Of a stretch of DNA of 32,000 bases, positions 1-8,901 are shown in pieces. Under the pieces are notes generated by a model, which did no database searches, was not told the DNA's origin, and saw nothing but the letters and a program-made list of their open reading frames with translations. The stretch's first letter is position 1. Every line of letters begins with the position of its first letter. The stretch lies in contig NC_013849.1 of assembly GCF_000025505.1 (NCBI RefSeq), positions 60,001 to 92,000 of the forward strand. Reading direction: 5' to 3'. Both the position numbers and the translations under genes were made by a program. The stretch comes from Ferroglobus placidus DSM 10642 (GTDB taxonomy: Archaea; Halobacteriota; Archaeoglobi; Archaeoglobales; Archaeoglobaceae).

Positions 1-1
1 T

Positions 2-556
2 CTCAGATACTTCGGCTTGTTCGGACTTTCCTACACTCTGCCACCATTTTTGAGGGGAAGCTTGGAATTTGCTGGAATTGTGTTGGATTACCAGAGACTG
101 ATAGTTATCGTATCTACTCTTGCCCTCGTCGCCTTCCTCTACCTCTTCACCCACTACACGAAGACCGGTTTGGCTTTTAGGGCTATAGCTCAGGATGAGC
201 AAGTGGCTATGATGCTGGGAATAGACTCGGACAGAGTTGCAGCTTTAAGCTTAGCTTTCGGTTCGGCTTTAGCAGCTTTAGCAGCAGCAATCTGGATTCC
301 CGTAAGCCAGCTGGCATCTGAATCAGCGTTGGAAATACTCCTTTACGCTTTAGTTGTCAGCATTCTCGGCGGACTTGGAAGCGTGGCTGGAGTGATAGTA
401 GCCAGTTTGATCATAGGCTACGCTCAAGTCTTTACGGCTTCGTTTATAGCTCCCCATTACCAGATGATAGTTGCTCTTGTTGCAATAATAATCCTGCTTC
501 TTACCAAGCCTTCTGGCATATTCGGAAAGCAGAAAGAGCTGGAGGAGAGAGTATGA
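2..556 (+). CDS. livH: Branched-chain amino-acid-type ABC transporter permease, LivH family (5' truncated by window edge)
   Basis: Frame is open from base 2 (LRYFGLFGLSYTLPPFL...). The listed start at 17 is an internal TTG. Hydrophobic permease segments with 'LGGLGSVAGVIVASLIIGYAQ'. Followed by overlapping livM, then livG and livF. Confidence 0.88.
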   Translation, partial: LRYFGLFGLSYTLPPFLRGSLEFAGIVLDYQRLIVIVSTLALVAFLYLFTHYTKTGLAFRAIAQDEQVAMMLGIDSDRVAALSLAFGSALAALAAAIWIPVSQLASESALEILLYALVVSILGGLGSVAGVIVASLIIGYAQVFTASFIAPHYQMIVALVAIIILLLTKPSGIFGKQKELEERV

Positions 557-1560
557 ACGAGCTGAGAAGGGAAAGAATAGATCGACCTATTAAAGCAAGG
601 ACAGATGACATATACGCTTTGATGAGCTATAGGGAGTTGAGCTACCTTTTACTTCCGAGAATTTTACCAGTAGCGATTCTTCTCCTACTCCCGCTGATAG
701 TTCCCAACCTATACTACCTGAGAGTTCTCAACATAGCTTTATCTTTCGCGATCCTCGCGGCAAGCTGGGATTTCTTGGCAAATTACGTCGGATTGGTCTC
801 TCTTGGTCACGCTCTCTTTTTCGGAATAGGCGCTTATACAGCCGGAGCTCTCTCAGCCTACTTCGACTTGCCTATCTTTGTCACGATACCCTTAGCAACT
901 TTGGCTGGAGGTGCGATTTCAACAGCGCTAATCTACCCAACTTTGAAGGTTCGAGGAATATACTTCTCCCTTATAACCCTCGCGTTCCCCTTGCTTTTAG
1001 CCAGGTTAATAGAAGCTACGGACATCCTCGGCGGGACTCTCGGAATAACCGACGTTGAAGGCTTTCCAAATCCGTGGATAGAAAGTTACCTACTAATCTT
1101 CTCGCTAATCGTCGTAGTTTTCGGATTGAGAAGGTTGCTTGGAGAAGACCTCGGAATAGTCCTGAGGGCTATAAAGGACAACGACTTAACTGTGGAAGCT
1201 TCCGGAATCAACGTGAATAAGTACAGAGCTGTTGCGGTTTTCATCTCCTCAGCCATAGCATCTTTCGTTGGCGCTTACACAGCCCACTCCTACATGTTCG
1301 TCGGTTTGCCCTACCTCAATCTTGAGTACTCGATTTTCCCTATAGCAGCTACAGTCGTCGGAGGAATGAGCTCCATAGCCGGAGCTGCTATAGGAGCTTT
1401 CGTTCTCGTTCCGCTGAGCGAAATGCTGAGAGAATTCGGAACGTTGAGAATAGCGATATACTCCCTTCTGCTAATGCTCTTCATAGCTCTTCGTCCCGAG
1501 GGAATCTACATGTTCCTCTGGAGGAAATATCACCAGATCGAGAGGTGGGTGAAAGCTTGA
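553..1560 (+). CDS. livM: Branched-chain amino-acid-type ABC transporter permease, LivM family
   Basis: 335 aa, multi-TM, with 'LVGLGHALFFGIGAYTAGALSAY' and 'GGMSSIAGAAIGAFVLVPLSEMLR'. ATGA-type overlap with the upstream permease. Confidence 0.9.
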   Translation: MNELRRERIDRPIKARTDDIYALMSYRELSYLLLPRILPVAILLLLPLIVPNLYYLRVLNIALSFAILAASWDFLANYVGLVSLGHALFFGIGAYTAGALSAYFDLPIFVTIPLATLAGGAISTALIYPTLKVRGIYFSLITLAFPLLLARLIEATDILGGTLGITDVEGFPNPWIESYLLIFSLIVVVFGLRRLLGEDLGIVLRAIKDNDLTVEASGINVNKYRAVAVFISSAIASFVGAYTAHSYMFVGLPYLNLEYSIFPIAATVVGGMSSIAGAAIGAFVLVPLSEMLREFGTLRIAIYSLLLMLFIALRPEGIYMFLWRKYHQIERWVKA

Positions 1561-2297
1561 TAAGAGTTGAAAATCTGACGAAGAGGTTCGGAGGAGTCGT
1601 TGCGGCAAACAACATAAGCTTTGAGGTGAAAAAGGGAGAGGTTCTCGGAATTATAGGACCTAACGGGAGCGGAAAAACTACTGTGGTGAATCTCATAACC
1701 GGATTCATAAAGCCAGACTCTGGGAAAGTGTTTTTTGCCGGAAAAGATATAACTTCAAAACCTCCCCACGAAATAGCTAACCTCGGCGTTGTTAGGACTT
1801 TTCAAAACGTCAGACCTTTCTACAACTTGCCAGCTTACAAGAATCTCATAATTCCTCTTTACTCCCCAAGGGCTAAAAGCTTCGAAGAGTTCAAACATGG
1901 GGATAGAGACCACATAGCTTTGGATCTTCTTGAAGAGGTCGGATTCGAAAGAGATTCTCCGATTCCGTACAAACCAGCCTCAGCTCTACCTCACGGATAC
2001 ATAAAAAGGCTTGAGCTTGCGAGGGCTTTGGCTTTAAAGCCAGAAGTTTTGATTTGCGACGAACTTTTCAGCGGTTTGAGTCAGGCTGAAATAGCGAGCT
2101 TGCTGCCGATACTTGAAAAGCTAAACGAGAACGGTTTGACGCTTATAATGGTAGAGCACAGACTCAAAGAGCTTTTCGAGTTAGCTGACAAAGTTGTGGT
2201 TTTGGAGTACGGGGAAAAGATAGCCGAAGGAAAGCCGGAGGAAATCGTTGAGGACGAGAAGGTTAAGGAGGCTTTTCTCGGTGCGGAGGTGATTTAA
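1545..2297 (+). CDS. livG: ABC transporter ATP-binding protein, LivG family (real start may be the TTG at 1557)
   Basis: Walker A 'GPNGSGKTT', LivG-like 'GVVRTFQNVRPF', Walker B 'LICDELFSGL'. GAGGTG lies upstream of an in-frame TTG overlapping the livM stop. Confidence 0.92.
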   Translation: MGESLIRVENLTKRFGGVVAANNISFEVKKGEVLGIIGPNGSGKTTVVNLITGFIKPDSGKVFFAGKDITSKPPHEIANLGVVRTFQNVRPFYNLPAYKNLIIPLYSPRAKSFEEFKHGDRDHIALDLLEEVGFERDSPIPYKPASALPHGYIKRLELARALALKPEVLICDELFSGLSQAEIASLLPILEKLNENGLTLIMVEHRLKELFELADKVVVLEYGEKIAEGKPEEIVEDEKVKEAFLGAEVI

Positions 2298-3043
2298 TGC
2301 TTAAAACGAATGAGCTCACGGTGTTCTACGAAAACGCAATAGCCGTTAACAACGTTGACATTGAGGTTGAGGAGGGAGAGATCGTCGGGTTATTCGGACC
2401 TAACGGAGCCGGAAAATCGACGCTGATGTACACGATTTCCGGGATAATACTTGATAAGAAAAAGAAGGAGGAGATGAGGGGTGGAGAGAGAATAACGATT
2501 CTCGGAAGGATAGAGTACGAAAAAAAAGATATAACTTTTCTCAAGCCGAATAAGAGAGCGGAAATGGGCATAATTCTCTGTCCGGAGAGAAGAAGGGTTT
2601 TTCCGGAAAGCAGCGTTGTTGAGAACTTGAAAATCGGAGGTTACCTTAGAAGCTGGAGGGAGGTGAAAGAAGATATAGAAAAGATGTTCGAGATATTTCC
2701 GGAGCTTGAAAAGCATAAAAACAAGCCTGCAGGCTTTTTAAGCGGAGGAGAACAGCAGATGCTTGCGATAGCGAGAGCTTTAATGGCGAAACCCAAGCTG
2801 TTACTTTTGGACGAACCCCTGCTCGGACTGGCTCCTCTCGTTCAAAAAAGGATAGTCGAAGTCGTAAAAAGAATAAGGGATGAGCTTGGAGTTACCGTCC
2901 TCGTGGCTGAGCAGTACGCGAGACCCGTCTTTCCGATAATCGACAGAGGTTACATCATCGAGCGGGGAACTATCTCCTTCTCCGGCACTTCCGAGGAGTT
3001 GATGAGTAACCCGAACGTTAAAGCAGCATATTTGGGGGTGTGA
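2297..3043 (+). CDS. livF: ABC transporter ATP-binding protein, LivF family
   Basis: Walker A 'GPNGAGKST', signature 'LSGGEQQMLAIARAL' and Walker B 'LLLLDEPLLGLAP'. Confidence 0.92.
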   Translation: MLKTNELTVFYENAIAVNNVDIEVEEGEIVGLFGPNGAGKSTLMYTISGIILDKKKKEEMRGGERITILGRIEYEKKDITFLKPNKRAEMGIILCPERRRVFPESSVVENLKIGGYLRSWREVKEDIEKMFEIFPELEKHKNKPAGFLSGGEQQMLAIARALMAKPKLLLLDEPLLGLAPLVQKRIVEVVKRIRDELGVTVLVAEQYARPVFPIIDRGYIIERGTISFSGTSEELMSNPNVKAAYLGV

Positions 3044-3047
3044 GAGC

Positions 3048-4691
3048 ATGCTGAAAGATAATCTTCACGATAAAGTGCTGGAGATGACCGAGAAAGAAAA
3101 GACTGTTTTAACGAAAATTTACGAGATGAGCGAAAAGTATCCGGATCAAACGGCGCTAATTTTCTTGGGAGAAAAGTACAACTACAAAAAGCTAATCAAA
3201 CTAATAGAAAGCTTTTCTTCTGGAATTTCCGAGCTCGGAGTTAAAAAAGGAGATAGAGTAATGCTTTATCTTCCCAACTCCCCTCAGTTTCTCATCTCCT
3301 ACTTCGGATTGATGAGGATAGGAGCTATTCCGGTGCCCGTCTCTCCCATCTACACGAGTAACGAAATAAGGTACATGCTCGAAAACAGCGGAGCTAAAGT
3401 CGTTATCTGCAGCGATACGAACATAGGGTACGTTAGAGCCGTTGAAGAAGTTGGAGTTGAGAAAATCGTCGTTACGAACGTAGCTGATATGCTGCCAAAG
3501 TGGAAGAAAATTGTTGGAGAGCTTTTCGACAAAATTCCGAAGGGCAGCTACGAAAAATCCGAGAAAGTATTTGAGTTCAAAAAACTGCTTAAAAAAGGAG
3601 AAAGCGTTGAAGAAGCAGAAATTGATCCGAAGAAGGATATAGCGCACATTCTGTACACCGGCGGAACAACCGGAAGACCAAAAGGTGTCGTTCACACACA
3701 CGCTTTTCTGCTAAGCGGAATAATCGGGTTGAGGGAGACTTACAAAGAAATAAAAGAGCTTGAAAACAAGTTCGTCGTCGTCGTTCCCCTCTTCCACATG
3801 TTCGCATTGGACATGATAATGTCCACGACTCTCCACAAAGCCAACACCGCAATTTTGATGCCCAAGCCAAACATCGATGCAATCCTGGCGAGCATCGAGT
3901 ACTACGAAGCTACTCTTTTTGCCGGAGTTCCGACTCTCTACAGGATGATTCTCGAACACGATAGAGTCGACTATTACGACCTCTCCTCTCTCAAATTCTG
4001 CTGGAGCGCCGGAGACGTTCTTCCGGCTGAGGTTTACAAAATGTGGAAGGAGAAATTCGGAATTCCCCTCCACCAAGTTTACGGATCAACGGAAACCGTC
4101 GTCATTGCTGTAACGAGACTTTCTGAGGAGCCGAAGCTTGGTAGCGTTGGAAAGATAGTTCCGGGGAGAATCGCTAAGATTATCGATCCGGAAACGCTTG
4201 AGGAGGTTGAAGGGGAGGGGGAGTTGATCGTAACATCCGAATACCTCACCATGGGTTATTGGAGAAACCCGGAAGAGACGGAGAAGGGATTCATAGAGAG
4301 CGGAGGTTATCTGTGGTGCAGAACCGGAGATTTCGTGAAAATTTACGAAGATAAGCTATATTTCGTCGATAGAAGGAAGGACATCATCAAGTACAAAGGG
4401 TACAGAATTGCGGCAAGTGAAGTTGAAGCTGTTTTGCAATCCCATCCGGCTGTTATTGCTGCAAGCGTTATTGGTGTACCAGACGAGAGAGTTGGAGAAA
4501 GAATTAAGGCTTTCGTGGTGTTGAAGGAGGACGCGAGAATTACAGCTCATGATTTGAAGAGATGGTGCAGGGAAAGATTGGCACCTTACAAAGTTCCGGA
4601 CTACATCGAGTTCAGGGACTTTCTTCCGAAGTCAAAAGTTGGAAAGATTTTGAGGAGAGAATTAAGAGATCAGGAACTCAGGAGGGGATGA
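3048..4691 (+). CDS. AMP-forming acyl-CoA synthetase (fatty/aromatic acid--CoA ligase, substrate unresolved)
   Basis: 547 aa; 'YTGGTTGRPKGVVHTH' P-loop, 'YGSTET', 'GYRIAASEVEAVL', C-terminal 'PKSKVGKILRREL'. Starts 5 bp after livF. Confidence 0.92.
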   Translation: MLKDNLHDKVLEMTEKEKTVLTKIYEMSEKYPDQTALIFLGEKYNYKKLIKLIESFSSGISELGVKKGDRVMLYLPNSPQFLISYFGLMRIGAIPVPVSPIYTSNEIRYMLENSGAKVVICSDTNIGYVRAVEEVGVEKIVVTNVADMLPKWKKIVGELFDKIPKGSYEKSEKVFEFKKLLKKGESVEEAEIDPKKDIAHILYTGGTTGRPKGVVHTHAFLLSGIIGLRETYKEIKELENKFVVVVPLFHMFALDMIMSTTLHKANTAILMPKPNIDAILASIEYYEATLFAGVPTLYRMILEHDRVDYYDLSSLKFCWSAGDVLPAEVYKMWKEKFGIPLHQVYGSTETVVIAVTRLSEEPKLGSVGKIVPGRIAKIIDPETLEEVEGEGELIVTSEYLTMGYWRNPEETEKGFIESGGYLWCRTGDFVKIYEDKLYFVDRRKDIIKYKGYRIAASEVEAVLQSHPAVIAASVIGVPDERVGERIKAFVVLKEDARITAHDLKRWCRERLAPYKVPDYIEFRDFLPKSKVGKILRRELRDQELRRG

Positions 4692-5171
4692 CTCAAAAAT
4701 TTCGGGGGAGAAGCGGAACTTGTAAATGTCGTAGACGAACATTAGGTTGAGCTCGTCCACAAATTCCCCGTGCCTGTCTAAGAACTCGTGAATCCACATG
4801 GTAACCTCTTTAAAGCTTCTGAAAGCTGCTAACACCTTCCATCTTCTCACCCCTCCAGTTACGGCGAACATAACAACGTGAGCTGAACCTATTAAATATT
4901 CATACGCTTTCTTCCATTTTTTGAAGTGGTGGTTGTTGAAGCTCATCTCGATAAAAGCGAAAATTAAGTTGTTCTCGTTTGGAATTATTACTTCCCTTAT
5001 CGCACCGCTCTTTTTTAGTTCTTGCAAAATTCTCGCAACTCTCGTCAGACTTATTTGTATTCCGTACTCTTTCAGCAAAATTTCTCTGAGCTCCTTGACG
5101 GTGACGTTCGGATTTTTCACCTTTTCTTTGATTATGATCGTCTTAACTTTATCCAGCTTCATACCTTTCAC
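4662..5171 (-). CDS. Winged-helix transcriptional regulator-like protein
   Basis: 169 aa with an N-terminal HTH-like segment 'VTVKELREILLKEYGIQISLTRVARILQELKKSGAIREV' and a C-terminal putative sensing domain. Convergent with the ligase gene. Confidence 0.65.
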   Translation of the reverse strand: MKGMKLDKVKTIIIKEKVKNPNVTVKELREILLKEYGIQISLTRVARILQELKKSGAIREVIIPNENNLIFAFIEMSFNNHHFKKWKKAYEYLIGSAHVVMFAVTGGVRRWKVLAAFRSFKEVTMWIHEFLDRHGEFVDELNLMFVYDIYKFRFSPEIFESSPPEFLIS

Positions 5172-5222
5172 CTTGCTTCTTAGTCACAAAGTGTTTAAAG
5201 GTGATAAAAAATTAATATTTAA

Positions 5223-6293
5223 TCATTTCGGAATCTTGAAAGGAGTTAAAGCTCGTTCCATGAGCAAATCGAAACCGCTCTTTTTGCCAATGACTGGCTC
5301 CTTCTTCTTTTGACTCCACACCGTCTCTGGACGAGCTTGAAGAATGAAAACGTTCTTTGGGAAGTCGAAGTCTTTATCTATTGCCCACTCTATGTCCATT
5401 GGATGAGAGTAATGTTCCTCAATCTTCTTCCCTATCTCCGCCAAGTAAACAATTTCCTCATCGCTCAAGGACGGCTTTTCCCTCAAATCCTCAGGAACTT
5501 CTTCGTGAACAACTTTCCCATCCTTGTAAACGCACCACACGAGTTTTGGAGAGATCGTTCTGTCCAATATTTCCTTCGTAACTTTATCTACGACGAACCT
5601 GTCTGGAGTTACCTCTCCACTTACAATAGCCTCTCCAAGCCCCCAAGCAGATTCGATAACGATCTGACTCTCATCTCCGTTTGTCGGATTGAGAGTGAAC
5701 ATAACTCCGCTGCTCCTCGAATTTACCATCTTCTGAACTACGACGGCGATGGAAACCTCATAATGATCAAAACCTTTCGTCGCTCTGTAGGCTATCGCTC
5801 TCGGAGTGTAGAGACTGCTCCAGCACTTTAAAACGTGCTTCACTACTTCATCCTCTCCTTTAATCCAGAGATAAGTTTCCTGCTGTCCGGCGAAACTTGC
5901 GTCGGGCACATCCTCTGCTGTTGCTGAGCTTCTTACAGCCACAGCCACTTCTTCGCCGACGATTTCGCACAGCTTTCTGTAAGCTTCTCTAATCTCTTCT
6001 TCGATTTTTTCCGGAATCGGAGTCGATTCCACAATCTCCCTCGCCAAAGCACTGACTTTTTCAAGCTCTTCCGTATTCTTTACGTCAACCTCGGATATTA
6101 TCCTCGCTATCTGCGCTTTCTTCCCCCTCTCTTTCGCCCCTTCTAAGAATTCCTCAAAAGCGTTTATTGTGATAACAAAGCCAGGTGGAATCGGAAAGCC
6201 AGCCTTTACCATCTCTCCTAAATTTGCCCCTTTTCCTCCTGCTATGCCAACATCTTCTTTGCTTATTTCGTCAAACCACTTAACATACTTCAT
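5223..6293 (-). CDS. PEP synthase/PPDK N-terminal (ATP-binding) domain protein; candidate phenylphosphate synthase beta (PpsB-like) subunit
   Basis: 356 aa, stand-alone ATP-grasp PPDK_N type: 'GGKGANLGEMVKAGFPIPPGFVIT', 'VRSSATAEDVPDASFAGQQETYL', ends after 'FILQARPETVW'. SD-like AGGTGGTA just upstream. The substrate assignment rests on context. Confidence 0.72.
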   Translation of the reverse strand: MKYVKWFDEISKEDVGIAGGKGANLGEMVKAGFPIPPGFVITINAFEEFLEGAKERGKKAQIARIISEVDVKNTEELEKVSALAREIVESTPIPEKIEEEIREAYRKLCEIVGEEVAVAVRSSATAEDVPDASFAGQQETYLWIKGEDEVVKHVLKCWSSLYTPRAIAYRATKGFDHYEVSIAVVVQKMVNSRSSGVMFTLNPTNGDESQIVIESAWGLGEAIVSGEVTPDRFVVDKVTKEILDRTISPKLVWCVYKDGKVVHEEVPEDLREKPSLSDEEIVYLAEIGKKIEEHYSHPMDIEWAIDKDFDFPKNVFILQARPETVWSQKKKEPVIGKKSGFDLLMERALTPFKIPK

Positions 6294-6343
6294 AGAGTAC
6301 CACCTTCAACAATAGTCAATTATATATCGTTATATTTAAAACC

Positions 6344-6363
6344 TTGTCAAGTCTTAGCATTGA
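6344..6363. promoter_or_regulatory. Candidate operator TTGTCAA-N8-ATTGA (copy 1)
   Basis: TTGTCAAGTCTTAGCATTGA in the intergenic region upstream of the PpsB-like gene. Same spacing as 8304-8323 and 8426-8445. Confidence 0.4.
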
Positions 6364-6392
6364 TTAAAAATAATGGTGTAAAAAAAGTGGAG

Positions 6393-8264
6393 CTATTCTT
6401 CGGCTCTCTTCACAATCGTTACTACTCCCTTATCTCCGTCCACCCTGATTATATCTCCGGTTTTTATCACCTGCGTAGCTATTCCCGTTCCGGTAACTGC
6501 TGGAATTCCGTATTCCCTACAAACTATCGCAGCGTGACTCGTCAATCCTCCTATGTCGGTCACAGCAGCTTTTATTTTCGTGAAAACGGGAGCCCAGCTC
6601 GGATTAGTATTTGGACAGACGAGAATCTCTCCCTCCTGCACCTGATCTATCTCATCCAAGAACCTTATAACTCTGGCTTTCCCTTCAACAACTCCAGATG
6701 AAGATGCAAATCCTTTTATTTCCGTGACTTCCTCCGGTCGGTAGGTAACACCTTTAATCCACTCGCTGACTTTCTCCGAAGTTATTCCCCAGAGCATCAC
6801 GGTAAATGGTTCCGTTACCTCTTCAGGAACGGTTCCCAAAGCTGGCGGAGGAGTCCAGTTCCTCGCTGCTTCGAGAATCTTCTTTCTCTTTTGAGCTTTT
6901 CTCTTCCAGTATTCAGCTCTCGGCGGCACGTTTTCTCCCAGAGCCCAAGCGGTGACGAGATCTTCAATGATCATTGGAATTTCGAAGCGATTGAAGAGGA
7001 AGATGTCGTCCACTTCGTTTAGCATTCCGTACCTGACGAAAAGTTTTCCGAACTCTCTCATTTTCTCAAAAACTATCGTGTGGAACCAGTGCTCGACCCA
7101 GAAGAGGTGGTTTTCGGCGTAATCGTAAATGTCTCTGACAATCTTGTACGCTTCGTCGAACGCTTTTCTATCTTCGTCGGTTTTGATTAGCTTTCTGTAC
7201 TCCTCAACGAGCTTTTCTCTCGCTTTGTGGATCTCGTCGATGTCTCTCTCTATCGTCTCACCTTTTTCAAGCATCTCTATGTAGCTTTTTAAGTAGCTGA
7301 AGGGGACTTCAAGGGTGTTTATCCAGCTTCCCTCGTAGTGGAACCATCCGCTACCGCAGGAGACGTAGAACCACGGATCTTTCGCCTCGTCAAATGCTCT
7401 AAGCCACTCTCTCCCTTCAGGAAAAATCTTTAATTCCTCAATCTTCTCCTCCGGGCTTTTGTCCGATTTCAGTATTTCCACAACCCTACCTCCAAGGGAA
7501 ATGGCGAGCCTCGCAAGTTTTGCAAGCTCTTCTTGCGGTCGAAACATCACCACGTCAGCTCCGGCTACCATCTTACCTATCGTGGACTCGCTTATTCCGG
7601 GGAAAAGCTTTCTGACAACGTCAGCAAAAGTCAGATAAGCCAAGTAGCTCAGATTTAGGTACTGGAAGTGGTACTGCCAAGCTTTGAATATCGCATCTAT
7701 CAGCTTGTCGTAGGCTTCCATCAAGTCGTAGGAGGAATAGTACCCTCTTGGCTCCGGAATTACCCTTTCCTCTGGCTCAAAGGTTGGCAAATCAGGAACT
7801 TCTATGTTCTTAACGTACTCTCCGAGCTCTCTGAACTTCTTTTCCCACTTTTCATACAACTTCTCGCTCTTGTAATTCTGAAAAACCCAGAAAGCTCTTT
7901 TTTGAAACAGCTCGGCTTTCTTCTTAATCGTTTCCTCGCTTGGAGGCTCTACTGCGCAGATGTAGAAGTAGCAACCGAGAATTCTCTGGGCAACTCCCTG
8001 CGCTGGAGGAATGCAGAAGACCCTCGTGTTGTACTGAGATAAAGCGATCTGCCAAGCTTCGTGGAAGATCAAGTCGAAGGGATACATTGGATCTGGCGCG
8101 TGTATTTTGTCGAGGTACCAGAACTGCCTTTCTTCCCACTCTTTTCTCTCTTCGCTGAATATGTAGTGGGGTGGATACATCTCTTCCCATCCTTCAAGCT
8201 CCTTTGGAACTTCCACTTCCAGCGGTTTAGGAAATCCGTTTCCCAAAACTACCACCTCACCCAA
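6393..8264 (-). CDS. PEP-utilising mobile-domain protein with phosphohistidine motif; candidate phenylphosphate synthase alpha (PpsA-like) subunit
   Basis: 623 aa with C-terminal 'LVCPNTNPSWAPVFTKIKAAVTDIGGLTSHAAIVCREYGIPAVTGTG' (TSHAA swivelling phospho-His domain; the ORF reads ILVCPNTNPSW). Long N-terminal domain. SD-like GAGGTGGTAG upstream. Upstream of and colinear with the ATP-binding subunit. Confidence 0.74.
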   Translation of the reverse strand: MGEVVVLGNGFPKPLEVEVPKELEGWEEMYPPHYIFSEERKEWEERQFWYLDKIHAPDPMYPFDLIFHEAWQIALSQYNTRVFCIPPAQGVAQRILGCYFYICAVEPPSEETIKKKAELFQKRAFWVFQNYKSEKLYEKWEKKFRELGEYVKNIEVPDLPTFEPEERVIPEPRGYYSSYDLMEAYDKLIDAIFKAWQYHFQYLNLSYLAYLTFADVVRKLFPGISESTIGKMVAGADVVMFRPQEELAKLARLAISLGGRVVEILKSDKSPEEKIEELKIFPEGREWLRAFDEAKDPWFYVSCGSGWFHYEGSWINTLEVPFSYLKSYIEMLEKGETIERDIDEIHKAREKLVEEYRKLIKTDEDRKAFDEAYKIVRDIYDYAENHLFWVEHWFHTIVFEKMREFGKLFVRYGMLNEVDDIFLFNRFEIPMIIEDLVTAWALGENVPPRAEYWKRKAQKRKKILEAARNWTPPPALGTVPEEVTEPFTVMLWGITSEKVSEWIKGVTYRPEEVTEIKGFASSSGVVEGKARVIRFLDEIDQVQEGEILVCPNTNPSWAPVFTKIKAAVTDIGGLTSHAAIVCREYGIPAVTGTGIATQVIKTGDIIRVDGDKGVVTIVKRAEE

Positions 8265-8303
8265 AAGTTTTCAAACAATAAATAATTAGAAATATTTAGC
8301 TCT

Positions 8304-8323
8304 TTGTCAACAATTGTCATTGA
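8304..8323. promoter_or_regulatory. Candidate operator TTGTCAA-N8-ATTGA (copy 2)
   Basis: TTGTCAACAATTGTCATTGA upstream of the PpsA-like gene (start 8264). Confidence 0.45.
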
Positions 8324-8425
8324 AAAGTTTAAAAGCTAAGTGCTAATTCGAATTGATCGAATTTTTCTTTGGCAGCGGGTTAATTCACAAGCAGAGTCTT
8401 GGTGTGCTCGGAAACGTAAATAACT

Positions 8426-8445
8426 TTGTCAACACCTGACGTTGA
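8426..8445. promoter_or_regulatory. Candidate operator TTGTCAA-N8-GTTGA (copy 3)
   Basis: TTGTCAACACCTGACGTTGA, 37-56 bp upstream of the Nudix ATG (8482). Shares the flanking CTTTGTCAACA...TTGAAAA with copy 2. Confidence 0.45.
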
Positions 8446-8481
8446 AAAATCTTCTTATTGCTTCGCTCTTTTAAATTCTCC

Positions 8482-8901
8482 ATGAAGTTTGAGGTGATCG
8501 TCAGAGGCATTGTTAAGGATGGAGACAAAGTTCTCATCGGATTGAAGAGAAGGGACGATCCTCACCCGCTACAAGGTGAGTGGCACTTCCCCGGGGGAAG
8601 GTTGGAGTACGAAGAGAATCCTTGGGAGGCTGTTGAAAGGGAGATCGAGGAAGAGACCGGGTATAAAGTAAAGGCGGAGAGGATTATCGACGTCATTCCT
8701 AAAAAGCTCATCTGGCCGAACGAAATTGGAGAGCAGCAAACGCTACACGTAGTCTTTTCTTGCAAACTACTCGGAGGGAAAGCAAAAGCGGGAGACGATG
8801 TTGAAGAGGTCAAGTGGATTTCTGTGGAGGAGATAGACCGCTACTTGAAAAAAGAGTTTCTGCTGGAATCGAGTTTAGTTAGGGAGTTCATCGAATCTTG
8901 A
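8482..8901 (+). CDS. Nudix hydrolase (ORF track starts at an upstream TTG, 8458; the ATG at 8482 is more likely)
   Basis: Nudix box 'GGRLEYEENPWEAVEREIEEETGYKV' fits GX5EX7REUXEEXGU. Confidence 0.88.
   Translation: MKFEVIVRGIVKDGDKVLIGLKRRDDPHPLQGEWHFPGGRLEYEENPWEAVEREIEEETGYKVKAERIIDVIPKKLIWPNEIGEQQTLHVVFSCKLLGGKAKAGDDVEEVKWISVEEIDRYLKKEFLLESSLVREFIES

Noticed and set aside
3201-4550. Several antisense ORFs (3201-3701, 3350-3532, 3589-3882, 3711-4076, 4356-4550) opposite the CoA ligase
   Set aside because: All lie inside a well-supported AMP-ligase CDS with intact motifs. The translations are low-complexity (Cys/Phe/Arg/Ser-rich) with no family pattern, typical shadow ORFs.
5310-8158. Plus-strand ORFs opposite the PEP-synthase-like genes (5310-5831, 5357-5581, 6360-6701, 7940-8158, 8061-8285)
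   Set aside because: Antisense to strongly supported coding sequence, with no recognisable motifs or initiation context.
5223-8264. Possibility that the two PEP-synthase-like genes are one frameshifted PEP synthase
   Set aside because: They are separated by 99 nt of AT-rich intergenic DNA with promoter-like and motif elements. Each has its own SD and a complete domain ending. The 623-aa protein does not look like the simple remainder of PEP synthase.
8345-8354. Palindrome AATTCGAATT between the Pps-like and Nudix genes
   Set aside because: Short perfect palindrome in AT-rich DNA, expected by chance, with no second copy seen.
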